The position numbers and the translations under genes were made by a program. A stretch of DNA of 63,986 bases, counting the filler, from Sanchytrium tribonematis (Eukaryota): the NCBI GenBank assembly GCA_018985235.1. It is 9 parts of 9 records of this genome, joined end to end, with 100 filler letters (N's around TTAATTAATTAA, not from the genome) between each part and the next. Parts side by side here need not be neighbours in the genome. Positions count along the whole stretch, not along the records: positions 1 to 7,230 come from JADGIG010000453.1; positions 7,331 to 14,555 come from JADGIG010000454.1; 7 more parts are not named here. One strand, 5' to 3'. The first letter of the stretch is position 1. The number at the start of each line of letters is the position of its first letter. The notes under the pieces are model-generated. The model did no database searches. It saw only the letters and a program-made list of their open reading frames with translations, and was not told the DNA's origin. Of the stretch, positions 1 through 11,259 are shown in pieces.

Positions 1-107
1 AAAAGCCATATTTTGAAGAAAAGAGAAAAGAAGAGAAGCATGACAAATTCGGAAAATCGTTGAAAAAACGGTTTTCTAAATTTTTGGGGAAATAAATTGC
101 ATTGTGT

Positions 108-917
108 TTACAGTTCATCTTTACTTTCTGATTTTGGCGCTGATTTCGATGTCCCTTTATATTTTGTCAACCACTTTTTCAAATCGTCATACTTTTTCAA
201 ATCGCCGTCATATTTAGCAACTTTTAGATCTCGCTTTTGAATCACCAACTGACTAGGAATCACGACAAGACCTTTGCCAAATTCACCTATTAAAGTTTTG
301 TCGCAACTAACGGCAAAGTCTATTCTTTTGGTGAATTCTAATGACAAACATTTCAACGTTGAGGTTACCTTACAATTCTCATTCAACAATATAGCTTTTG
401 ACAAAGTGCTGTTTTTTTCCGAAAAAAACTCATTCAGCTCAGTAAGCAGCCACTTCTTGTCATTTATCAAATCAGGCTTAACTTCAGAATATACTCGCTT
501 GACATTATCACTCAAATGGGAAGTGATAAACTTTGTCAGAGCATCTGTGGATCTCTCTCCATTATAGTCCACGCTGATTCGCTTTTTCTTGTTTTCTTTG
601 TAAATCGTCTTCCAAATTTTGAGCGTAGGAAACCCTTGTACTCCAAATTGACCGCAAATACTTTTATGCTCGTCGCAATCAATAGCTGCGAGTTTAATAC
701 ACTTTGAATTTCTCGCTACCGTTTCATATGTAGGCTTCAAGTTCTTACAATGTCCACACCTAAAAATTAACAAACGTTACCATGGAGCGTAAAATTCCAT
801 TAGAACTGGCACTGGAGATTTTTTAATTAATTTATCAATATTCGCAGGATTGACCTTGAGTACTGGGCTTCCAGGGTCATACATTGAAAAAACAATGAAG
901 AGGTTCAACAAAATCAT
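108..917 (-). CDS. Protein disulfide isomerase family (Mpd1/PDIA6-like), two exons
   Basis: ATG at 917 gives MILLNLFIVFSMYDPGSPV...EFYAP. Removing the 21-nt intron 760-780 restores the WCGHC active site. GFPTLK thioredoxin motif and C-terminal KDEL. Confidence 0.9.
760..780 (-). other. 21-nt spliceosomal intron
   Basis: GTAACGTTTGTTAATTTTTAG. Splicing gives APW-CGHC; the unspliced frame hits TAA immediately. Confidence 0.9.
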
Positions 918-942
918 GTTTAAAAAATTAATAAAATCTCCT

Positions 943-3698
943 TTATTGTAAGATTTCTAACATAAATGTTTTAAACATGTCAAAGTACCCAATTTCTTGT
1001 GATTTCATTTGAACTAAAACTTTTCCATCTTTTACTTGCAGTGAAGCTGTAATGAATGCATCGGTATAAGTCTGTAACAAAGCATTTACAACCTAAATGA
1101 GTGAAAATATACATTGTTTTTGACAAAAGTTGCCAACTGTGTAGCCGCTAATATCTCTTGTAGTTTTTGGATAGAATGTTTACAAGGCTCCTCAAACTGA
1201 ACAGTTTGCAAAGCAGTGTTTTTCACAATTTCATCCCACAATTTTTCAGCTTGCAGTTGAGGCTCAAATGTTGCAACGGTGAAAGGAACTTTACTCTCAC
1301 CGAAATATACCCCAAGATTGTTCTTAATTGCAATCTGAACAGAGGGAAACGGCTGAGTAGGTTGGTACATGCTTTCTGGATGAAATGTCAAGGGTAAATC
1401 TACAGTTGCAGATTGCTGTGGTTGTACTTGGTTGATATCTAATAAGGCAGCAGGAACGATTCCGAAGCTGTTCTTATTAAATTGAATCGCAAAGTCAGAA
1501 AATGCTTGATTACTAGAATTTTTAAATTGCAATCTTAAATAAACACTGTCGTTATTCCTATGATATTTATAAGCAACTCCCATTCCGTTGGCACCATTTT
1601 CAGAAATGAGAGGCTTCAATGTTAGTTGCTGATCTAGAACCTTTAATGAAGAGCGCCTTCCAGCATTTTGAACAGGGGATGTACTAGGCGAGAGGATTTC
1701 AGATGCGACTGGCCCAGGCCCAAAAGATTCTAAAAGATCTAAAACTCCGCCAGAAGCCGCTTTTTGAGAGTCAGATGGTGGTGGTAAATCTAGATCCAAT
1801 AAATTTTGATCATTGTCATCGTCAAATTGTGTTGATATTTGACGGATGGGTGCTGCATCATTGGCCAAAAATTCAGTTTTTCTCACGTGAAACAAAGACA
1901 CTAGTGTTGACAGCTCCATAATAATATCTTTTAAAAATATAGGATCAACTTTCCATTGCTCAGCGGTTTCATCAATTTTATCTTTCTTTGTCCAAACTAT
2001 CTCGCGAGTTTTCTCCGGGTTGACGCTGAGAAGTCTCCAGTAAATAAAAGCCCTATCTCTTATATCAGGGTGTTGACATTTTTCTGTTGCAGATTCAAGG
2101 ACAGTTTGAAGGAATCCCTGAATTTTTGGATCATTAGGACGCTTCAGAAAACACTTTACTATGGCAACCAAGATAGCCAATTGCACAGATGCATTTGGCT
2201 CCTCTACAAATCCAGATAGCAAATTTTCCAATACATCATATATGCCATTCACAAATCCAGGAAACTCTCCAATGAGCCATACAACTGCTTCTTTTCCACT
2301 TAAGCCATCAGTCTGTCTTAAATATGGTGCTATGAATTCGACGCTTTTATCAAACTGGCCGGGGTATTTTCTGATGATATTTCTCAATGCTTTGATTGAA
2401 TCTGAGCAAACATAATCAATTTTAGTTTTCAGTAATTCTAATAAAGCATTAACGCACCTTTCGGAAGTATTTGGAAATTTCAAAGCAATACACTCAAAGC
2501 TATAAATGGCTTCTCCTACAAATTCAATATCGACTTCGCTTGCATATTCTTTTAATTCTGTTAAAACACTCTCGATACTCTCATCATTAGCTAGCTTTCG
2601 TAACAAAGAAAGTTTTTCTAATTTGACATACGGAGGATCGTTGTACTTGACAAAAAAGGGCCTCAAGTCCCCGTTTAATAGTGTGGGGAATTGCTCAACA
2701 ATAACGTGCATATTTCTTAAAAATGAAAAAATAAGTTCTGGGACATTTGTTGATAACAATGTAACTAAAGGCCCTTTTAATTTTTTCAGCATATTGTCGG
2801 TAAATTCTTTCTGAGATGTATCCTTTTGCAAGAACAAAAGTGAAATTATAATAAGTCTTATCGCTGTAAGAACCACTGAAGGATTTTGATGCTGCAATCG
2901 AGCAGAGACTTTTTCACTAATTATTGTGGCCTCCTCAGTATTAGCGATTGTGTGGTAATCGCACAAACTCTCCATTATAACAATTTGACCCCATTCAGTA
3001 CATTCATTTAAAGCATTCAGTAATTTTGACAAAGCCTGGGAATTGATATTTAAATTGACAACTTCAATATTTTTGGCTTTGCTCTTACTTCTCATTTCAT
3101 GCAAAGAGGCAATTGCGTTTGCAATTACCATTGGATTCTCATCTTGCAACAAATTTTCAACTGTTTCCACGAACCCAAACTCTACACATTGGGATGGTGA
3201 TAAATCATACATTTTTGCAACACACATTGCTGCCGTTTTTCTTACATATGGGTCAGGGTCTTGTAGTCCCTTTCTAAGTGGCTCGAATAGGTAGTCTACA
3301 ATCTTCTCAGACCGTAAGCAGCCCATAGTTCGTATAGCCAGTGCCCGAATTAGAGGATTTAGATCTTCTGCATCTTTAACAAAGGTATTGACAGCCAAAA
3401 TTACAAGCTCAGGTTGCGTTTTGGCATAATTCATTAAATATAAATAAACCAACTTCTTCAATTCTAGGTCGTCAGTCTGCATACATTTTAATACGTCGGC
3501 AAAGAGCTCTGATACATTTTTGCCAACTGTCATTGATGCAATAACTCTTTTTACAGCTTCCTTACGAATACTCTTATATTCCGAATTCAAGTCGTTTTTC
3601 AATTCAAAGTTCTCACCTTTTTTGCTCTTGAAATATTTTTGGTTTTTATTAAAGTATCGGTCCACCGCGCCTTCAATTGATGAAGCGAAATTTGACAT
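943..3698 (-). CDS. AP-1/AP-2 adaptor complex beta subunit (beta-adaptin), two exons
   Basis: ELKKLVYLYLMNYAK, NPLIRALAIRTMGCL, DIRDRAFIYWRLLS and an appendage domain. Removing intron 1093-1112 extends the ORF (VVNALLQTY...LEILQ*) to a stop at 943. Confidence 0.93.
1093..1112 (-). other. 20-nt spliceosomal intron
   Basis: GTATATTTTCACTCATTTAG. Removal adds 49 in-frame codons ending CAA TAA AG. Confidence 0.8.
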
Positions 3699-3838
3699 GT
3701 TTCAATTCGGAACTCCTTCTAATTTATGTCGAGTAAACCTTAATATCTAAAACACTGACAAGATAAATTGCGTTTTTAATCTCTGTATAGTATCACTAGA
3801 TTTGGAAAGACAGACCTATTCTTGAAACATTTTACAAG

Positions 3839-6800
3839 ATGGAAAAAGAAAACCCAGAACTAGATAACAATTATGCTATCGGAGATCTGCTTGGTAAAGG
3901 AGCATTTGGAAGTGTTTATAAAGGCCTTAACTTGTCAACAGGAGAAATAGTTGCTATTAAACAAATAAGATTAACCAATACACCGAAAGCTCAACTGAAT
4001 TCAATGATGATGGAAATAGACTTGTTGAAAAAATTAAATCATAAGCACATTGTACGATATATCGGTTTCTTCAAAACGAAAGAGCACTTGAATATTCTGA
4101 TTGAATTCTGTGAATCAGGATCGTTGATACATCTACTCAAAAAGTTTGGACATTTTACTGAAAAGCTTGTAGGTATGTATACCTCGCAGGTTCTTGAGGG
4201 TTTAAAGTACTTACATGATCAAGGTGTTATACACAGAGATATTAAGGCTGCAAATTTATTAACCGATAAACAAGGGGTTGTCAAGTTAGCTGATTTTGGT
4301 ATTGCGTCAACCACTAATGGTGATCAAGAAGTAGCTGGGTCACCCTATTGGATGGCACCCGAAATTGTTGAATTAAACGGTGCGACAACTGCAAGTGATA
4401 TTTGGAGCTTGGGTTCTACTGTGATTGAGCTGCTGACTGGTAATCCGCCTTACATAGAACATTCTGCAATGTCTGCATTATTTCGTATAGTTCAAGATGA
4501 TTGCCCACCATTGCCACCACAAGCTTCGGAGATTGTTAAGGACTTCTTACAGCAATGTTTCCAGAAAGATCCAAACTTGAGAGTCACTGCACAAAAACTT
4601 ATGAAGCATCCTTGGATGGTACAATCAAGAAGAAAAGACCTAGATATCACTCCAGTCGTGCCAAAAAACATCATTCCTTCAATTTCAAAGTTGGAGAAAC
4701 GAATCAGCACTGGAAATGATCTCAAAATTAATTCCTCATTGTCAAAATACTCTGAGGAAGTTGAAGATAATTGGGCTAACAATTTTGAAATTAATTTGGC
4801 TATCTCTATCGGAAACGACAACACGCATCTTAAATCCAATCCGATTGAAGAAGATTACGATGATTTTTTTGACCAAAAACCAAGCAATATTAAACCAGCA
4901 ATTCGAAAGATGACATTACCTGGCTTACCAATATCTAATGAAGGAACAAAAAAAATCGAGATGCAGAAATTTATAGAACAAAATGAATTGGACGACTTTT
5001 TTGAAGAGAACTCAACTCCGAATGAAATTGCTCTCAATTCTCCTGAATTTGACGTTGACAAATGGGAAGAAAGTGTAGATGAACAAGCCGAAAGTGGTGG
5101 ACTTGAATTGACAAAATCAATTAAACAAGTGGTTGGTCGAAGAAAGCAAAAAAGGCATGTGAACTCACTTTTTAAGCAATCAAATTCTTTTGCGAGTGAA
5201 AGGCCTCTAAGTGGACTCGATAGCTTTACAGAGAATGAAACAGACGATTTCAGTGACATCGTCAGCCCAAAATTGACAAACTCTTCATTGAGGCTAAAAC
5301 AAGCTATTTCGTTTGATGACGAGGAAGAAGAAGACCCATTTCTGATAAGCGATAATGAAGAGAATCAAGATTTTAGTGACTATGCATTAAAAGACATAAA
5401 GGCAAAAAACTTGTCTGAACTCATGAAGAGTCTTGACAGATTACTTCCAGGGGTTGAAATTTCTGAAGTCCATGTCGCTTCTAAAAACGTTCTTGACCTT
5501 ATCACGCTCGATCCAGAACTAAAGAAAACGGTTGTAGGTTATCACGGCATGATACCAATTATAGAGCTACTAAGTTCGTCAATTGAAAATGAATCCATTG
5601 AAACTCTATTGAAAGTTATAAATTCAATTGCAGTAGAGAGTCCTGATATATTAGAGAATATCTGTCTAGTAGGTGCAATTCCAATAGTCTTAAAGTTCAG
5701 CTCAAACGATTATCCTTCCTGTTTACTAAAAGAGGTGGCAAAATTCATCAACTTGCTTAACCTGACAAAGCCAACCCTTCAAATGTTTGTTATAAGTAAT
5801 GGTTTTAAGGTTTTAATAACAATGCTTCAAATCAAAGAAGATCATGAAATTATATTTATAGCGATAGACGCCATTAGAAATATTTTCGATTTACCAATGA
5901 AATCGATAAAAAATGATTTATGTAGAATGTTTATAAAATACCAAATCTTGACTCTGTTAATTGACTCTCTATATTTTACCATCAGGTTTCGAGGAAGCGA
6001 ATCTGTAGAATACAGTCAAAAAATTCTAAATATATTTGTTTTATTTTCACAGTCTGACATTACAGTCAAAAGATCATTTTCAGATCCGAAAATTATTCAT
6101 GGTAATACAACCTCATCTAGAGCTTTTAAAATCAATGGATTATGTCCCTGCTCATCTTCAAGTGACTATTTTGAAAGTCATTAAGAATTTATCAATGGAC
6201 AGTAATAATTTGGATAATCTAGAGAAATCTGGGTGCATAGAAAAACTATGTAAATTAATTTCCATTGAAAATGGCCCATATATCACTGAAATTAAAAACC
6301 AGTGCTTAAACGCATTGTTCTACCTATGTAGAATTAACAAACGGAGGCAAGAGTACGCATGCCAATATTCTTTGAAGTCTTTATTAGATGCCGCAAAAGC
6401 AAATTCCACATTCAAGCAGTTTGCTTTACCAATTCTCTCTGAATTTCCCACAAATAGGTTTTGCAAGAAGTATCTTAATAATGAATATACTGTCAAAAGA
6501 TATATGGAATTTCTTGAAGATTCAAATTGGGTGGTCAATATTTTAGAAGCTATTGTAAGTTGGTGCAATGAGGATCTATACATATTAGAAGAACCTTTGA
6601 TTAAAAGTATTGGTAGAATTGCAAATGCTCTCGTTTCCACAAGAGGTCAATATTTTGTTGGGCTTCTGGATTCAATTCTGAAGCTTTGTCAAATAAGCGA
6701 GAAAATTTCGAATGAAATTTCGAAAAGTTCAGAAATGATACGGATTTTACTTGAAAAAGTCATTACCCAAAAAAAACCTATTGCCAGAGTAAAAATTTTG

Positions 6801-6947
6801 AAAATTGTGGCAGAACTAGCACAACCAAGATTTAATGCTTCAATTTCCACATCCCAATTAGAAAGATTAGAGCAATTGGGGAGAAATGATAGCGCAGTGC
6901 TTGTCAAAGAGCTCTGTCATCAAATTATCGAAAATAAAGCCGTTTGA
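3839..6947 (+). CDS. STE-family kinase, Cdc15/S. pombe Cdc7/SepH-like, with C-terminal ARM-like repeats; two exons
   Basis: GKGAFG, HRDIKAAN, DFG, GSPYWMAPE, SALFRIVQD. ORFs 3839-6184 and 6036-6947 are joined in frame by intron 6102-6120 (KIIH-E-LLKSM). Confidence 0.85.
6102..6120 (+). other. 19-nt spliceosomal intron
   Basis: GTAATACAACCTCATCTAG, phase 1; it joins the two overlapping ORFs. Confidence 0.85.
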
Positions 6948-6997
6948 ATTTGAAAATAATCGGGCATTTAATATAAATTATTTTTTTAGGCACAATT

Positions 6998-7230
6998 ATG
7001 CGAAACATGAAGTCCCTGTTTTTCAAGCATTTTGGATCTCCGAAATCAGTTATATCTTACGGCAATGTGGCGAAGCCAAAAATTGATGACGACGAACTGC
7101 TAATTAAAATGATTGCTTCCCCTATTAATCCGTCCGATGTCAATTCAATTGAAGGTGTTTATCCTTCAAAACCATTGCAGATTAATGATCAATACTTTCC
7201 TGGAAACGAGGGGTGTGGTGAAGTAGTAGA
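6998..7230 (+). CDS. ETR1: Mitochondrial trans-2-enoyl thioester reductase (MECR/Etr1), 5' part, cut by contig end
   Basis: ASPINPSDVNSIEGVYP...PGNEGCGEV, the N-terminal motifs of this medium-chain reductase family. Confidence 0.8.
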
Positions 7231-7330
7231 NNNNNNNNNNNNNNNNNNNNNNNNNNNNNNNNNNNNNNNNNNNNTTAATTAATTAANNNNNNNNNNNNNN
7301 NNNNNNNNNNNNNNNNNNNNNNNNNNNNNN
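7231..7330. other. Artificial contig spacer
   Basis: 44 N + TTAATTAATTAA (stops in all frames) + 44 N; identical at eight positions. Confidence 0.97.
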
Positions 7331-7362
7331 CAATATTCGTAAAAGCACTACAATAATTCAAA

Positions 7363-8125
7363 TCAGCTGCCATTTTGAAATGATTTCTTGTGGATGGTGG
7401 GTGCTAAAGTGAATAAATCAACGCATTTACCATAATTGGAACCAGATAAACGATGGAATGAATGGTCAATATTGCTAATTCTAATGATTTGAGATATTTG
7501 GGATAGGGGTTCTTGACAGGCATCTTTGGCATTGTAACCTGCTGACATGATGATGAGGATATTTAATTGAATGGCTTGTTGGATTAATTGGGTTAATTTG
7601 GGAGATGCTACATATTTATCAAAATGAATATGGGATGGAAATAATGGCTGATTTTACATGTTTTGATTTGACATCATGGATAATGTCATTGAATGCTTTA
7701 ATATATTTGGATTCATAATATTTGGCAGTAGAATGTTTGTATTTGTTGCTAAATACCATTTTAAATGTGCTTGTTTTGAGAGATGGAATGGTGATTTGGA
7801 CAATATTGCTATTTTTAGCAACTTGTTTTAATAATTGGAGAGATAAGAAATCAGAGTACTTTTTAGTGAATTTTTTGACGCCTAATGATTTCATTTCTTT
7901 GGTTAATTGGGATTCTTGAGTGTTTTTCATGGCAGATGCATCTATCGTCCCAATATTGTATATAGTAACATTTAAACCTGCTTCTGCTGGATAAATGTAT
8001 TCTTTAGATACATTTTTAGAGCGGTGACTGATATAGCCTAGTAATTTGTTGGATGTGTGATCTGTGATTAATTTGTGTTTAATGGACATTGGAGGATGTA
8101 ATGCAAATACAATAGATAATAACAT
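7363..8125 (-). pseudogene. Degenerate, frameshifted subtilisin/proteinase K-like (S8) homologue
   Basis: YIYPAEAGLNVTIYNIGT (Gly at the catalytic Asp position), VAKNSNIV, SAGYNAKDAC, SNYGKCVDLF. One extra base at TTT TGA (~7619-7624) separates the two ORFs; no GTSMA motif. Confidence 0.65.
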
Positions 8126-8253
8126 GTTGATATGGCATCTATTTCAATTTAAATGACAAACGAGGTACAAAATGGGACACAAATGATGTTGTAATCCAAT
8201 TGACAAATGAAATGCAACCAATTCAATCACAAATAAACACCATCAATCACTAT

Positions 8254-9207
8254 TTATTTTAACATGTTTAATAATTCATGAGCACCTTGACTGGGCATTA
8301 ATTGATTATCCATGACTCTGTTTTCAATTTCAGTGATTTTATCACTTTTACCCAAATCTGTCAATTCTTGTTGAATCAAATCTTGTGCGATTCTCCACAT
8401 CCATTGTTTACGTTGTCTTCTTCTCTTTCTTTCTAAATATCCATTTTTAGTAGATTGCTGTATAAACTCATTAATAGTAGAAATCACCAATTCCATATTA
8501 AATCCAGTATGCGCACTGGCACGCAAGACAGGTGGTTTCCAATGACCATGTCGTAAATATTTCAATGCACTGGTGTATTCAGATTGAGCTTCTTTGGCAG
8601 CTCGCTCCAAATGGCCATCTGATTTATTAATAATGACTAAATCAGCCATTTCTACAATTCCCTTTTTAATACCCTGTAATTCATCACCACCTGCTGGAGG
8701 ACATAATAATATAAAAATATCTACCATTTCTGCCACCATATGTTCACTTTGACCCACTCCAACTGTTTCTATGAATATTCTATCAAATTTGGCATATTCG
8801 CATAATTTAATCACAGATTGGGTACTCTTGGCTACTCCACCTAGCATTTGTTTATTTGGTGATGGTCTAATAAAACATTTCGGATGATTACTCAAATGCA
8901 TCATTCTCGTTTTATCTCCCAAAATTGACCCTCCACTTACATGACTCGATGGATCAATGGCCAATACTGCTAATTGATGTGATTTCACCAATTCTAATCC
9001 AATTCGCTCTATAAAACTAGATTTTCCAACACCTGGTGATCCAGACCATCCAATTTTAATTTGTGGCGCACATTTGATGTCATTCATCAAGATATTTGCC
9101 ATTTTTTGATCTTGTAGTTGACTAGATTCTATTAATGTGATTGATTTAGATAATGCAACTCGACTAGTGGGTATATTTTGAATCAATTTAGAGATTTGTG
9201 AATTCAT
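8254..9207 (-). CDS. MMAA: Methylmalonyl-CoA mutase-associated GTPase (MeaB/MMAA)
   Basis: GSPGVGKS P-loop, LAIDPSS...GGSILGDKTRM, ETVGVGQSE, GDELQGIKKGIVE, NKSD. Confidence 0.93.
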   Translation of the reverse strand: MNSQISKLIQNIPTSRVALSKSITLIESSQLQDQKMANILMNDIKCAPQIKIGWSGSPGVGKSSFIERIGLELVKSHQLAVLAIDPSSHVSGGSILGDKTRMMHLSNHPKCFIRPSPNKQMLGGVAKSTQSVIKLCEYAKFDRIFIETVGVGQSEHMVAEMVDIFILLCPPAGGDELQGIKKGIVEMADLVIINKSDGHLERAAKEAQSEYTSALKYLRHGHWKPPVLRASAHTGFNMELVISTINEFIQQSTKNGYLERKRRRQRKQWMWRIAQDLIQQELTDLGKSDKITEIENRVMDNQLMPSQGAHELLNMLK

Positions 9208-9250
9208 GGAGTGTCTTGAAAAATATTGCAAATTTGAAAATTAAAATTAT

Positions 9251-9958
9251 TTATTTTGAGAATGGAATACCACAAAACCGGATTATTTGGCTCACTTCGT
9301 CCAAAGTTCTTGTTAGAGCATATGATTTTTGATGAATGTTGCTGCGTTTGCTGAGTAGAAGCTCAATTGTTTTGCTTATTTTCGAATGAAGCATATGTTT
9401 TTCTGACTCACATATGCTACTTTTTTTTATTGCTTCTAAAGCTGCTATATATTGTTCAACATAAGCTGGGATCTCCCTCAGATGTTTGACATGGCCAATA
9501 ATGCTCTGTAAGTCTTCATTGTCAGATGAACCTGTTCGTAACTCACCCAAATGAGCTTTAATAAATGATCTTATATTAGAAACATGTTTTTCCGGCTCAT
9601 TCTCCAATAAAAATAACCGCCATTCTGCACCAATTTCGAGTTGTCGAAGAAATGGTACTAATTTATAACTTTCTTCTTTTAATAAATTCAATTTCTCAAT
9701 AAGTGAATTGGATTCGTCTTGATACATTTGATCAGCAGCTGCTTTTATTAGTGATTGAGGTTGTCTTTGTGATTGAGCGAGCATACTATATAAAGGCTTT
9801 AAACCATTAGGTGATGTATTGGTATTTGCGGCCACTGATGATGAACGAGTAGCCATTAGTGATGGAAATGCATCAGCACCTGTTAGTAAAGCACCAGCAA
9901 TAGCAATACCTTCATAAACTCTTTTCATTGGAATTCCAAAAATCAATGCAAAAATCAT
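9251..9958 (-). CDS. Putative secreted helical protein, unknown function
   Basis: Short hydrophobic N-terminus MIFALIFG, then a second hydrophobic segment ending GADA; stop lies within AATAAA. Confidence 0.6.
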   Translation of the reverse strand: MIFALIFGIPMKRVYEGIAIAGALLTGADAFPSLMATRSSSVAANTNTSPNGLKPLYSMLAQSQRQPQSLIKAAADQMYQDESNSLIEKLNLLKEESYKLVPFLRQLEIGAEWRLFLLENEPEKHVSNIRSFIKAHLGELRTGSSDNEDLQSIIGHVKHLREIPAYVEQYIAALEAIKKSSICESEKHMLHSKISKTIELLLSKRSNIHQKSYALTRTLDEVSQIIRFCGIPFSK

Positions 9959-9988
9959 GTTTCCTCCCCCTCTCCTTTAACCATTTAT

Positions 9989-10290
9989 TCATTTTAAATT
10001 CATCAAATAATCTCCAAATATGCCATGAATCAATTTCAATATGTCAATTGCTTTCTTTCTTTTCTCTAACAACGCAATAGAATCATTATCCAAAAGTAAC
10101 AAAGTATCCAAAATAAGTTGTTTCAAATTCTGTGCTTCTGCCACAGTCATATTTTCAATTTGCCACACTGGATGAGACCCATAAATCAGATCGAAAGCAT
10201 CATTTAATGCAATATAAAATGGAGTTATATTCAAATCCTTTAAATAATTAGCTAAATGCCCATGTATTTCAATTATTGTTATACAACCAT
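9989..10290 (-). pseudogene. ATG-less fragment paralogous to the C-terminus of 10291-11151
   Basis: HPVWQIENMTVAEAQNLKQLILD resembles HPEAWENSGISVEEALSLQSEILD; no in-frame ATG before the upstream stop. Confidence 0.45.
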
Positions 10291-11151
10291 TTATTTAATC
10301 ATCCATGAGCTCGATCCAAAATATTTTGTGTAATTCTTAAGTACCTGTGCCATTTTAAACAACACTAGTGCAAACTTGTTTGTGTTGATATTGAATAATT
10401 CAAAACTCACATCTAAAATTTCACTTTGAAGTGACAATGCTTCTTCTACACTAATGCCAGAATTTTCCCACGCTTCAGGGTGAATATAAGGGATTAATTC
10501 ATTCAACATTTCCCCAAATTTAGTAGTAATCTTTTCTGCGGTTAATTTTGAGAATGTATTCATGAAGCTTATCAATTCTATTTTTCTTGATAAATCAGAA
10601 TCAATGTATGGAGCACCAAAGTACTTACTTACAAATGAGTCAATTTCTTTTTGAGTTGTGGGATTATCAATACCAGAGTTTAGCAAGTGACGTGATGTGA
10701 TAGAAATCTGTCTCATTGCTCTGTCAAATCTATTCTGATTTTCCAGTGAAATGACTAACGTGGAATGTGCTGCTTGTTTGGGGATTAAAGTAGCAGGAGG
10801 GATTCTAATAGAATCTCCAAATGCATTAGTTGGGTAATTTTGTGTGTCTTTTCTAGAATCCTGTGTTGGCGTATGATCTGGCGCTTTATTTGATCTATCG
10901 AGTGGCTCAACTAGCGCAGCAAAGTTGACAGCGCCATTTACAACTTGCTGATGAGGTTCCGTGGGCGACTTTACTGTGTTCGGAAATGACACTACTGCTG
11001 ATGTGCCCACAGCAGTTGAGCCACGTCCTGCTGGTAGTTTTGACGGTGGATTCCATGCATCAGCAGGTCCCATCGCTGCCAATGCAGCTAATCCTAATGC
11101 TGCCAATCTTCCTTTTCTTACTGGCAAACTGTAAAGTACTGTCAACAACAT
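10291..11151 (-). CDS. Putative secreted protein, unknown function
   Basis: MLLTVLYS-LP, then a second hydrophobic segment ending PADA, a low-complexity linker and a helical C-terminus. Confidence 0.6.
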   Translation of the reverse strand: MLLTVLYSLPVRKGRLAALGLAALAAMGPADAWNPPSKLPAGRGSTAVGTSAVVSFPNTVKSPTEPHQQVVNGAVNFAALVEPLDRSNKAPDHTPTQDSRKDTQNYPTNAFGDSIRIPPATLIPKQAAHSTLVISLENQNRFDRAMRQISITSRHLLNSGIDNPTTQKEIDSFVSKYFGAPYIDSDLSRKIELISFMNTFSKLTAEKITTKFGEMLNELIPYIHPEAWENSGISVEEALSLQSEILDVSFELFNINTNKFALVLFKMAQVLKNYTKYFGSSSWMIK

Positions 11152-11259
11152 TTGATTTGGGGGAATCTCAGGTGATTCTCCTGTGCTCCAATGTATTTTT
11201 CAAATGATGTCATTTACAAATCAGGTGTGACCATGTGATATCATGTGATTTATTAAGTG

